NCBI RefSeq assembly: GCF_001194135.2
Contig: NC_068997.1
Span: forward strand, 29,390,725-29,454,724
From: Octopus bimaculoides
Taxonomy: Eukaryota
DNA: 64,000 nucleotides
Reading direction: 5' to 3'
The position numbers and the translations under genes are program-made. Shown piece by piece: positions 25,904 to 39,256 of this stretch (its first letter is position 1; every line of letters begins with the position of its first letter). The notes beneath the pieces are model-generated. The model saw only the letters and a program-made list of their open reading frames with translations, made no database searches and was not told the origin of the DNA.

Positions 25904-28900
25904 GTTACTTTAATCTGTGGTCAAGTCAATGAGATTTTCTGTTACGTAAAATTAGCTTGACACATTTGAGACAGATTAGCAATTGTTATGGCACTTTTGT
26001 GTGTGTGCGTGCGTGCTCGTACTAGATAGATTATATGTATGTGCATGTATTAACTATTTGTTGTGATTAATATACTTGAGTAAATTGTATGAATAAAACA
26101 TGTTCAACTTTACATTTGTTCTTTTTCAGAACGTTTATTGATCCTTTGTAACAAATGGTATAGATTTGGAGGGTGGGGTGCACTGGAAATGGAACTATTG
26201 GGAATTGAAGTAGACGATCGATTTTGATTCCCATCTTACATTGCCAATTTCCTTAAGGAAGGACAAACACGTCATAGTTATTTCCTTCTCACCTAGGATT
26301 CTGAGATTTAACAAACCTATGTTTAAAACTTTCGTCAGCCACAATGATATGCTTTAAAATAAATTGATTCTGTAGTTGATAACTAATTCAGGGAACAAAC
26401 CACTGAGGGAATTGTTTGACTGTTGCTTAACCTACAAGAAATAACCAAAGCTCCTCAGACCACACTCTGTGTTAAAAAAGGACATATTGGACAGTGTAGT
26501 CCCTGATGTATAAAAAAACTGGATGGTCACTGTTGAAATGCATTTGGCCATAAGATTTACTTGATGAGGGCTGACTTTGTGCTAAACAGAAACATGAGAC
26601 AAGAAAGAAGCCTCTCTGTGTTCACTCGACTTACTAGAAATAGAAGACAAATTTCCCTTAAATCTCACTCTGCTGTTTGAAAAATAGATGGTAGGGCCAC
26701 ATTAGATGATGTATTTGATGTAAGAGGTTGGAATGGGCATGACCAAAATGGTTTTGTTCTATAGTAAAAACTGAATTTTTTATTTTGACATTATTGGTGC
26801 AGTGAAGTTATTAAATTTATTGGTGCAGCATATGCATAGCCATGCGGTTAAGAAGCTTGCTTTGCAACTGTTTGGTTATGGGGTTTTTTGTTGTTTTTTT
26901 TCCTAACGAAATCATTTGGATACATTCTGAAATAGTGATGTGAAACACTGCATTTTTTTCTTCTGTCATATCGTTAAATTTATCCCACTGTGTTAGCATC
27001 TGTCCAATTGAATTTATTTAACAATTTGTCATGAGGAATCCTATAAACACTGGACATGTTTATGAAAATGTCAGTTGTGAGAAAATCAAAATACTTTTGT
27101 AAAATCTGAAATCCTTGAAGCATAGTCCACTTCATAAGCTGAAGAAGCATGAATGGCAACTGGGATGTGGCTTATTTGATAAGTTGTGGCTCATCAACAC
27201 ATCTTGTGTGTTATTGTAGGTTAATTATATTAAAAATAGAATTTAATAAGATTTTTCAATTCTATTTCACTATTATCGGTATTTGCTGTTTCGTTAAATT
27301 ATGTTACCCAAAATCCCAAAAGAAGATTTTTCTCCCTCGTGTTCTGACCACCCTAACACTACCCCCTCCCCCACTCTCTCTCTCTCTCTCTGCCCACAAC
27401 ATAGACTAGTAGTTAGTGACTTCAGGATCAGGGCTAAATGGATGCCCAGAAGACTACCAGCATGGAGGAGAAGAGTCTGGAAGCTTAAAGATCCTGCGAA
27501 TGGACAGAGATTTAGAGACATATTACTCAAAGCCTTTGACGAAATTGAAGGGGATATAGCTTCACACGATGTAGAAGACAACTGGAGGTTTCTACGGGAC
27601 AACNNNNNNNNNNNNNNNNNNNNNNNNNNNNNNNNNNNNNNNNNNNNNNNNNNNNNNNNNNNNNNNNNNNNNNNNNNNNNNNNNNNNNNNNNNNNNNNNN
27701 NNNNNNNNNNNNNNNNNNNNNNNNNNNNNNNNNNNNNNNNNNNNNNNNNNNNNNNNNNNNNNNNNNNNNNNNNNNNNNNNNNNNNNNNNNNNNNNNNNNN
27801 NNNNNNNNNNNNNNNNNNNNNNNNNNNNNNNNNNNNNNNNNNNNNNNNNNNNNNNNNNNNNNNNNNNNNNNNNNNNNNNNNNNNNNNNNNNNNNNNNNNN
27901 NNNNNNNNGAAAAGAAACAGGCTTGGAAGGACTGGAAGAACAGAGGTAGCAGGGAATTGTATCAGACTGCCAAAAGGGAAGCTAGGAGACAGGTTTATTT
28001 AGCCAGAGGGGAAGCAGATAAGAAAAAATTTGCCAATATTCTGTGCCGTGAGAACCAAACACTTGAGGTATTTTGTGTTGCAAGACAGTGTGGGAGAGAG
28101 AATCGTGATGTCGTGGGAGAGAAATGTGTTTGCATGGATGATGGTTCACTTGCACTAAACGAGGCTGCAAAGAGAGGTTTGGAGACACCACTATGAAAGG
28201 TTGCTCAATAAAGAAAATGAATGGGAGAAAGAGAGTCTACCGAATGTCAGCCCAACAGAGGGACTAGCTACCCAAATTGACAGTACCTTGGTAGATAAAG
28301 CAATTAAGAGTATGAAGACATGTGGTGAGAATGGATGAGGATAGCTGTGGGAAAAAGGGTCACACCCTAGTGGTTGAAGGAACCTGTGGAAGAGGAAGAC
28401 CAGGGAGGAGGTGGTGAAGCACAACCTTCGAACATTGAGCCTCACTGAGGCAATGACTAGTGACCGAGACCTTTGGTGATATGCTGTGCTTGAGAAGACC
28501 CGGCAAGCTAAGTGAGACCATAACCCGTGGCCTATGCCAGGGGTGTAACAAGCACACTTATGCGTACCTTTCCTTCATTCAACACTAAACTCTGCTTGAG
28601 AAAACCTGTTGAGGCAAGTGAAATCAAGATCAAATTCGATGACAGTACTGCATGACTGGCATCCGTGCTAGTGGAGCGTTAGGAGCACCATCCAAGTGTG
28701 ATCGTTGCCAGGGCAGCTGACTGGTTCCTGTGCTGGTGGCACGTAAAAAGCACCATTCGAGCGTGATCATTATCAGCGTTGCCTTACTGACACTTGTGCC
28801 GGTGGCACGTAAAAAACAACATTTGAGCAAGGTCGTTGCCAGTGCAGGTGGCACATAAAAACACCATCTGAGCATGGCCACTGCCAGTACCACCTGAGTG

Positions 28901-30563
28901 GCATGTAAAAGCACCCACTACACTCTCGGAGTGGTTGGCGTTAGGAAGGGCATCCAGCTGTAGAAACTCTGCCAGATCAGATTGGAGCCTGGTGCAGCCA
29001 TCTGGCTCGCCAGTCCTCAGTCAAATCGTCCAACCCATGCCAGTATGGAAAGTGGACTTTAAACGATGATGATGATAAATATTAACGTATTGTTATGTTA
29101 AGTCTCTCTGTGTGACCCCAAGGGCGTCTTCTACTATAGCCCTGGGCTAACCAAAGCCTTCTGAGTAGATTTAGTAGATGAAAATTGGAAGGAGTCTCTC
29201 GTGTGTGTGTATACTCTTTGTCTTGACATCACATCATGGTTGTAAACAAGCATCACCATCATATAATTGGTGGTGTTCATTTCCTGTTTTTCATGAAAAC
29301 CTGTCTGGCCATTGGAGGAAATATTACCTTGCTTGGAAACGGGTGATGGTTGGTTGCAGGATGAGCATCCAGTTACAGAAAATCTGCCTCAGCAAATTCT
29401 GCGTGACCCATTCAAGCACAGAAAAGTGGACATTAAATGATGGTTATTCTATATTCAAGTGGAACAGAAGAGAATTGATGCTTGCAGATTAGGAATCTTA
29501 GTGAGAAGTAAAATTTCTGCCATTCAAATCTTATTTTAAAGAACTTGGCCTTTTTTTTTTTTATATTTTTTTTTTTTTACTTTTGTAGATTGCATATCAA
29601 ATCTTATCACTCGGATCAAAATTATAGAATAAGCCATAATTGAAAACTGTCTGAGGTGTTGGTTGGCACAATTGAATTGGACACTAAACTCCGCTTGCGA
29701 AGACCTGTTGAGGCAAGTGAAATCGAAATCGAATTAAATTCAACAACTGGCACCCATGCCAACGTTGTCTCCCTCATTGGAAACGAAACTTGGCTTGTGA
29801 AGACCTATTGGGGCAAGCGAAAGCAAAACCGTCAATGGCACCTGTGCCCAGCATCGCCTTCCTGGCAGTTGTGCCAGATGGCACATTCAAGCGAGATCAT
29901 TGCCAGTGCTGTCGAACTGGCTCCTGTGCAGGTGGCACGTAAAACACACCATTTTGAGCGTGGCCATTGCCAGTACCGCCTGACTGGCCTTCGTGCCGGT
30001 GGCACGTAAAAGCACCTACTACACTCTCGGAGTGGTTGACGTTAGGAAGGGCATCCAGCTGTAGAAACTCTGCCAGATTAGATTGGAGCCTGGTGTAGCC
30101 ATCTGGTTCGCCAGTGATCAGTCAAATTATCCAACCCATTGCTAACATGGAAAGCCGACGTTAAACGACGACGATGATGATGATGATGAACTCTGCTTGA
30201 GAGGTCTTAAAGATGTTTGATGTAGAGATAACAGTTCATTATCAGGTTGAACAAATACCTGAATAACATTCTGAAGAAGGTTTGTTGCCAATAATTTGAT
30301 ACCGGTTAAAGTTTATGCTAATGTATTTCAGAAAGACATCACTATTGAAAACTCTTATTTTCTTTCTGCTTTAAATCAATACTTTGGCCATGCTGGAGCA
30401 CCGCCTTTAGTCAAACAAATTGACCCCAGTACTTATTCTATCGGTAAGCCTAGTACTTATTCTATCAGTCTGTTTTGCTGAACTGCTAAGTCAAGGGGAT
30501 GTAAACACATCAACATCAGTTGTCAAACGATGGTGGGGGAGACAAACACAGATACACAAGCAT

Positions 30564-30595
<32 letters not shown>

Positions 30596-33500
30596 TTCAG
30601 GTTTCTTTCATTTTCTGTCTATCAAATCCACTCACAAGGCTTTCGTCAGCCCGGGGTTATAGTAGAAGACACTTGCCCAAGGTGCCACGCAATGGGACTG
30701 AACCTGGAACCATGTGGTTGGTAAGCAAGCTACTTACCACACTGCCACTCCTGCACCTGTATATTTATTTATTTTTGATCTTTTCCTTTTTTTTTAAGAT
30801 AAAAGAAGCTAGTGAAGCAAATGTGACTAATGAAGAAGAAGAAGAAACAATTGAGAAGAGAAATGATTCATATGATAATGAATATGATTATGCTGATGAT
30901 TTTGAAGTAAGAGATTTTGATTAATTCTTCAGAGATTGATTAATTCTTCATAGTATAAGTTTGATATTGGATCAAACAGAATTCATTTAATTAGGCTTCA
31001 AATGTCTTTGACAATCCAAAACCTGATTCTCTCTGCAGTTGTTTGCTATACTTAATACAATTTTAATTAACATGAAGTGCATAAGAGTGACAGGAGATTG
31101 AAATAAAGATCGATTTCCTGGCACTCTTATGCACTTCATGTTAATTAAGATTGGTTAAATTGATCTTTATCTCAATCTCTTGTCACTCTTTTACAACAAT
31201 GAAATTCCCTCACAAAAACAAAACATTTCACCGTTGTCCAAACAGCAACCATATCTTTAAATTCTGTGTTCCAGTTATATCGACAAAATGGCTACGGTTA
31301 GAATACTGACTCCCTGTGCCATTCGTGAGCTGAAATACATCTTAGAGATTCTGAGCCACAGCAAAAGCATCAAAGTCAGCTGAAAGATGATAATGGAAAG
31401 TGCTCTTCAACAAACAACAGTGATATTGAGATTAGAATATCTTTGACAAACTCAGAATTAAAAGTAGTAAAGAAATACCAGTATTGATCTTTAGTGAGAA
31501 TGGGTGGAATTTCAACAAAACATAATTTCTTAATTGCAGAATCTCCTAAAACTTCTTTCACCACAATCTGATATACCTTTTAAAAAATCCTTCTACTGTA
31601 ATGTTCATATAATTTAAGATAAGAAGTGGAAACTTGACTAATGGGAGCAAAATTTCCTTTACTTCATAATTTTCTAGTTTTTTTTCTTTAAGCACATATA
31701 TATTTATATATAAAAGTATCATATCAATATATTCTCTTTGATCCATAAGGATTATATTCTACTTTGAGAAAGGATAAATCTGTAACTTGTCATGATTTTT
31801 TGAAGTTAACATATCATTTTAATTGAGAAATTATAGAAAATCTAATCTTCTAAAGAAGAATGTTGATATTTCCATTTATAGTTTAACTGGTGGAGTAAAA
31901 ATTTGTTAACTTCAGTAATATAATATATAACAGTTCTAATACTGGTGTTTCTTTCTTTTGGCATATTAGGAAATGTTTTCTTAAAATAGACGTGTTTGCC
32001 ACTCAAAGATTAATTACAAGTCTTTGTTTTTGCAGGATTATTCTGATGACTTTGATGAAAGTTTGTCTCAATCTGACAGCAAAGAAAATGAAGATGTAAA
32101 AATATATTTATTAAAAAATATATACTTATTACTACTTTTTCTTTAATTTCTTAGAAAATATTTCATGGAAGTGAAGACTTACATATATTTTAATTTTTAT
32201 AAATCTGAAATTTTTTCAGTGAAATAAACTCTATGTTCATAATTTATTGTGACAGAGAGTCAAGTGGATCGTTATGTAGTCATTAAATAGAACGGTGCAG
32301 CTATAAAAGTAAAAATGTTGAGAGAAGCTTCTACTGTTGTCAGCTTCACTTTTTATTCTGCTGATTGTTGAGGAAAGAGGTAATAATATACAGGAAATTA
32401 ATAGAACGAATAACCAAGTTGATTGGTGATTGGAGTAATAGATCTTGCTTCCTGTGGCTTGAAGTCTCAGAACAAAAGCCTTTCACTTCTAAATATGTTT
32501 AGGTGGAATGCAAATATCTGAACTTTCCTTAATAGATATTTGGGGGTTTAACTTTATAAATACAACTTTTATTGGTATTAAATATTTTGAGGAATCTGAA
32601 AGTACTTCTCTAAAGTACTTTTTTATTCTATTTTGTCATTTGAGTAAATTGAGTCACCAATTATGGAATTGGTAGGCTACTGGTTGTCATGATGAAAGAG
32701 TTGCCACTGATATTACACTATTTTTTTACTAATACTTTGTAAATTTATTAATCTGGACTGACTCCTGTGCAGGTGGCACGTAAAAAACACTATTTGAGCG
32801 TGGCCACTGCCATTACCGCCGTAAAAAGCACCCACTACACTCTCGGAGTGTAGTGCACATTTGTCCCCCACCCCACCCCAGTACCATTTGATAACTGATG
32901 TTGGTGTGTTTATATCTCTGTAACTTAGCAGTTCAGCCAAAAGAAAAAAACCGATAGAATAAGTATTGGGGTTGATTTGGCAGTGCCCCAGCATGGCCAC
33001 AGTCTAATGACTGAAACAGCTGAAAAATAAAAAGAATAAATTGTAAAATTCTAAATGTTGTAATTTTGAACAAAAAATAATTTTATATCTGAGATTTAGA
33101 AATTTAAAGAAAGGCAAATATCATGAAAATAAGATGTTATAATCGGTATGTTTTTCTCTCTCTTATTAGAATAATGTAAGAATTCCAAGTGCCACTGAGA
33201 AAACAGATGTAGAGGTAAGTGGAACTTTAGTGATATGTGGCAAATGGAAACCTGAAATTATATTTCAATTCATTTTGATTTCTTTAATAAGAGAAGCAGT
33301 TTCTTTTTCTATTCTGTTCTGATATTGGGATTAAAAAAGGCGGTCAGACTAATTAATGCATTGAGGAAAATGCTTAGCAGCACTTCATATGTTCTGAGTT
33401 CAAATTCTGCTGAGGTTGACTTTGCCTTTTGTCCTTTTGGGGTTGATAAAATAAGTACCAGTCATGTACTGGGGTCAATGTAATCGACATACTTCTTCTC

Positions 33501-36500
33501 CTGAAATTGCTGGCCTTGTGCCAAAATTTAAAGCCAATATTGGGATTAAAAATATACTTCGCTTCAGAAAAATTACATACAATATATATTATTCATAGCA
33601 TGAGAAATGCAGTTGGTTGAATTATTAGGATATTGGGCCTTCAGTTTGTGGGTCTGTTGTTTATATACTATCACTGGAATTGAACTGAATCCTTTGCCAG
33701 GATGTTTAATCCCTGCTCATTCAGTCCAATAACTGTAATTTGTCAGTATGAAATTAACACTCCTCATGCTGTAAGCAGCAAAGAGCATTATAGAGTTTTT
33801 CTATTTTAGACTACCCATGCTATCTATATGAAAAAGCAATTATTTGTAATTATGCAATGAAGCAAAGATATTAATCAGTGACTTATGTTTTTATATTGTT
33901 CATTTTCTTTGTTGTTCTCTCAATTATTACTTTCACATATGTGATAAAGTATTTGTGTTGTTGAGGAAGAATAATAATACTAAAACATGTTAAGAGTTGT
34001 GTCCCTTGCCTGTTGGAATATTTAAAATAATATTTATAATTGATCAATGTTGTCTTTTATTCATAGTGTATATGTTGTCACAAAATTTTAATATTTTGTT
34101 TTCTTTTTCCATAAAGATGGTATTTCTTGGTAATTTGTTTGTTTAAAATTTGCTAATTTTCTCTTTCAACTTGTGTACCATGCGGTATACTTTGTGATTC
34201 TCTCCATCACTACTTTAGCAAATATAGTGAATGTATGCTTTGCTGAAGTGGGTTAATTGGTCCAGAATACGTCTAGAGTACTGTCCCATATTTGGTAAAA
34301 TAATTAAGAGTTCAATGTTGTTCCTGTGACAGGTTTTAATTTTTTTTTTCTACATGAATATGACAATACATTTAAGAAAATATTTTTACAAAAACTGATT
34401 AAATCTTATTTTCTTTCCTTCAAAATACTCTTCTAGAAAACACCAACACCACCAAGTCCAAGAGAAGATTTACGCAGGGGTTCAGTTAATATTGGTCAGA
34501 AGAACATTACCAAAACAAAATCTAACCAACTCTATAATTATGGCATTGTGGAGATCAGAAGTACAAATCGTCATGTCAGTAAAGACGTTAAATCCAAGTT
34601 AATCGCTCGCAACAAAGAATTGAGGAAGTTGATTGTGCTGGATACTGATGTTGATCAGGAAATCTTTGAAATGTCACCCATCAGTCAATATGAACTTTAT
34701 ATCAGCAATTTTGGTCGTGCCAATTATAAACAGGTCTTTATTTTAATCTCCATTCAGTAATTTTATTAAATGATATTTTTTTAGACTTGCCTCAGGAGTT
34801 AAAGAAATATTTCTATAATTCTTGATGGATAGTAATCATGGTTTTTGTATGATATTGATTTATTATTTAAGCACAAAATCTATTTTAGACCGGATGACCC
34901 CAGTGTATGACTGTTACTTAATTTTCACTCCAAAATTTTGAAAGGTAAAGTCACCTATAGGGAGGTGTATTTAAAATATCACTAAGAATTTAGCCTAACA
35001 CAATACCATTCCTGTCAGCTCGCTGCAAAGGAGATTTTACACAGTCATTCAAACTGTTAGAAATAACAGCCAAATCTCCTTCGAATCACTAGATACACTA
35101 TTACTTTAAAAAATTTGAGATGGTCACTATTGGAAAGCCTCTGATCATAAGCCTACTCTTTTTTCTGATAATTGAAAATTCTGTCAATGTTTCATTCACA
35201 ATATTATTATCTATGCTGGATTCAGATGCCCTAATCTATATAAATTGTTGAGGCCCTTTGCTTGTATAAAGTTTCAAGGCTATTGTTAAAGAAAAGTCAC
35301 ACTAGAAAGTCTCAGAAAAATTGAAAACATTTGTGCTTTTTAATTATGTAGAGGTAAAAAGCACCCACTACACTCTTGGCGTTAGGAAGGGCAGCCAGCT
35401 GTAGAAACATTGCCAGATCAGATTGGAGCGTGGTGCAGCCTCCTGACTTCCCAGACCCCAGTCGAACCATCCAACCCATGCCAGCATGGAAAACGGACAT
35501 TAAACGATGAGGATGATGATGACTGTTCTTAAACAACATCAATAATTACAATCTGAGTCCTATGTGGGAGCTTCTAATGTTTACTTACTTTTGTAGAAAT
35601 AGCAACCAAATTTTCCTCAAACCCTGCTGTATTGCCTTAGAAAAGAATGCATTGCATAATATGGTGCAGGATGAAAGAGAGGATGGTCATAACTGGAATG
35701 CCTTTCTTCATAGATCATCTCAACTGAGGTTGATTTGTAGCTGAACTGTAGTAACAATGACAATGGTTTTGTATTTACGTAACAACAAATGAAGGATTGG
35801 CCCATAAAGTTTTTAATATTCATCTCTGTAGGTCAAATAAAATTTCCACCTCCGTGTGTGTGTGTGTGTGCGTGCATGTGTGCGTATGTTTCTCCTGCAC
35901 CTTATGTAAATTGTACTTGCTATTGAAAGAAGATAATTACATTGTAATTACACCCACATTTGAGTGAGTCATGGCTGATGATCTAGTTTGTGTGTGCACA
36001 CACACACACACATCAGTAACAATAAGAACTAAAAATAAACAATGTATACTGAGCTGAGCTTCTATTAATTAAATAAACTAATGACTGGGCTAAATGAAGG
36101 GGTCATACTGAATGCCTTGCTCTTTTTAGTGATGTCCTTTTCCATTCCCAGTTCAAATCCATCTACGGTTGATTTCATCTATATCCTTTTATAGAGGTGT
36201 GGTGGTGTTAGTACTTCTGATCAATTAGCTCTTCCGTTACCCCCCGCCCCCACCAACATCCTGAAGCTTTCAACCCATGCAAGATGTACTAATTAAACAG
36301 GCAGTTAATTAGTAAACCTGATACAGAGTCGGACACCTAGTTTTTGTAATATTTAGTTTATAAGTAAGCTGATGAACTGGCAGAAACGTTAGCACGCCGG
36401 GCGAAATGCTCAGCAGTATCTTGTCTGTCTTTACGTTCTGAGTTCAAATTCTGCTGAGGTCAACTTTGCCTTTCATCCTTTCAGGGTCGATTAAATAAGT

Positions 36501-39218
36501 ACCAGTTGCGTACTGGGGTCGATGTAATCGACTGGTCCCCTCTCCAAAATTTTCAGGCCTTGTGCCTAGAATAGAAGAGAATATTTAGTTTACTAGTCTT
36601 TATGTTCTGCCTTCGAATATGAAATACACAACATTTTCATAATCTACACCTGCATATATCTGCACAAGTATGAATGCAAGGAGTGGCTGGGGGTGGGGGT
36701 GTAGTGACTGGTAAAACGTGAGTATATAGAGGAGTTGGGGGACAATAGGATAGCAGTAATACAGTGAGGGCTGGATTGAAGAATCAGAGATATTAAATGA
36801 TTTCCAAATATTACTATTTGTTTCAATTTCATTATTAGAACAAATATATATATATATATGTGTGTGTGTGTGTATTTCCAGGCATTTGTCCAAACTGGAG
36901 ACGATTCTATTGACCGAGACATCCAAACAGAAGAGACTGAGATGGTTGATAAATGGACACAGTATCCGCCAAGTGGACATGATTCTGCTGGAGGTAAGCA
37001 ACTTTTATTAAATTCTTTCAATATTTTTATTTAATTATTTCATACTTCCCTCAAACCACTAACAAATGCATTTTTCTTTTAATTTTCATCTTTTTCTCTC
37101 CTATTAATAAATCATTGTAGGTAACCAATTAAACCATTCTGAAGTGGGGAATCAAATTTCCAAGACTGAATTTGACTCTGTCAGGCTCAACAAATTTCTT
37201 TTTCATGCCACAAGGGTAATTATGTTACATCTGTTTAACTTGCTTTATCTTATAAACGAATTAATTAACACAGTCTATTATAAACACATTGAAGGTGAAT
37301 GGCACCATCCAAATGTGCACCCTGCTAAGGGTACCCAAAAGCCAGGTGATGCTGTTAAAATGGGCAGCATATTAACTCTTCCACCTTGCTCCTAAAATGT
37401 TCAAATTAAGGACAAAAATATTTCACCCTATTCTTGTAAGAATGATATAAATCATCATCATCATCATCATCTAACATCCACTTTCCATGCTGGCATGGGT
37501 TGGACGGTTTGACTGAGGCCTGGAAAGCCAGTGGCTGCACCAGGCTCCAGTCTGATCTGGCAATGTTTCTACAGCTGGATGCCCTTCCTAACGCCAACCA
37601 CTTTGAGAGTGTAGTGGGTGCTTTTTACATGCCAGTCAATAAAGGAGCTTCTGTATGGTTGATCAGCCTGCTTGAAATAGCAGCTAAGATTCCCCAAGTC
37701 ACAGTTCATCGTCTCTGAAAAGAAAGGACACATTGGATAATGTAGTCTGGAGTATGCTATACCTGCCAAAAACAATGAAGGACAGATAGTCACTTCTGGA
37801 ATACCTTCAACCATAGTTCTACTCCATCACAGCAACATGGGTTAAGCAACAACAACTCAGGGCTTTCTTAATTGTTCCAACCATGGGCACAAGACTTCAG
37901 ATTTGGGTGAGAGAAGTGTTGTCGATTATATTGACCCTCCAACACTTCGTTGATACTTATTTTAATTGATCCTGGGAGGATGAAAGGCAAGGTTGACTCT
38001 GACAGGATTTGAACTCAGAATACAAAGTGCTGTAACTAAATAGCCTAAGGTATTTGCCTAACACACCAATGATTCTACAAATCCAACACCTTGACTTTAT
38101 GTCTAACAAAGGCACTGGGCCTGAAACTTAGGGGGGAAAAGCCTGATAAAATAAGGACTTGACTGGTATTTTCAAGCTGCAAGGATGAAAGGCAGTGTTG
38201 ACCTCTTCAAGATTTGAACCGAGAACAATAAGAACCAGAAGAAATACTATGATATATTGTTCAATTCTCTGATTCTGTCAATCCATTCTCCTAGTCCTGA
38301 TTTTAATAATAATAATAATAATAATAATCTTTTTATCTAAGAAAGAAAATCTTTTTTTTTTCTTTAGGTGATGTCAGTATTGTTAGAAGAGGAACTACCT
38401 GACAATAATTTGATGGTAAACACTTCTGAGAATTCTTCACAACTTGCATTCTGCACAGGTTACTTCACTCTCAGTACATGTCCTCTGTTTGGTAGTAAGT
38501 ATGATTTATTTTTCTTGAAATGAAATAACTTTATTATTGTTTTATACAAGTTTTTTCTTACAAATTTATATTTTTGTGTTTGGTATTTGGTTTGCAAGAT
38601 TCTTGATGTGAAATTGTGTATTGAAACAAATCTTATTGGCATAATGACAATCACAAGACACAGCTATATAATGGAAAATACTTTCATCCTTAGCCAAGGA
38701 TACCTGTTGCCTGGCTGCCCTTCTGGCTAGTTGGTAATGTTCCCTACAATCACTTTCTTTCCAGATTTTTCAAGCCTGTTTCTTAGCTTTTACCATTCTA
38801 TCAACCGTATCATCCCATCACCTTGCAACATTTAGGTTTGGCAGGGATTTTAGCCCAGCCACATGTCTATTCTATAGTCCTAAGCAGGTTATTTCATAAA
38901 AATTCTCACCTGTCATCTATGCTACAGGTGTCTAAACCTTTCTCTTGACAATCATATGCATCAGTTAGAACTTCTCTAAATTTATCCCCAATTGCAAAAT
39001 CTTTTAGTTTTCATATCTTCCTTCTCTATGCCCTTTTTTGTTTGTGTGTATCCAGCTCTGACTCTGAAGTCACCAGCCATTGACCTATGTTGTGTAGTGC
39101 ATTCTTCACCAGGAAAGGTTTTTGTATTTACAATCAGACTGGAGTCTGGTACAACCCTCCAGTTTACCAGCCATGGGCAAACCATCCAACGTATGCAAGC
39201 ATGGACAATAGATGTTAA

Positions 39219-39256
<38 letters not shown>

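Noticed and set aside
29589-29656. Strong poly-T acceptor in intron 10
   Set aside because: TAG stop in the phase-0 frame, and no conserved peptide.
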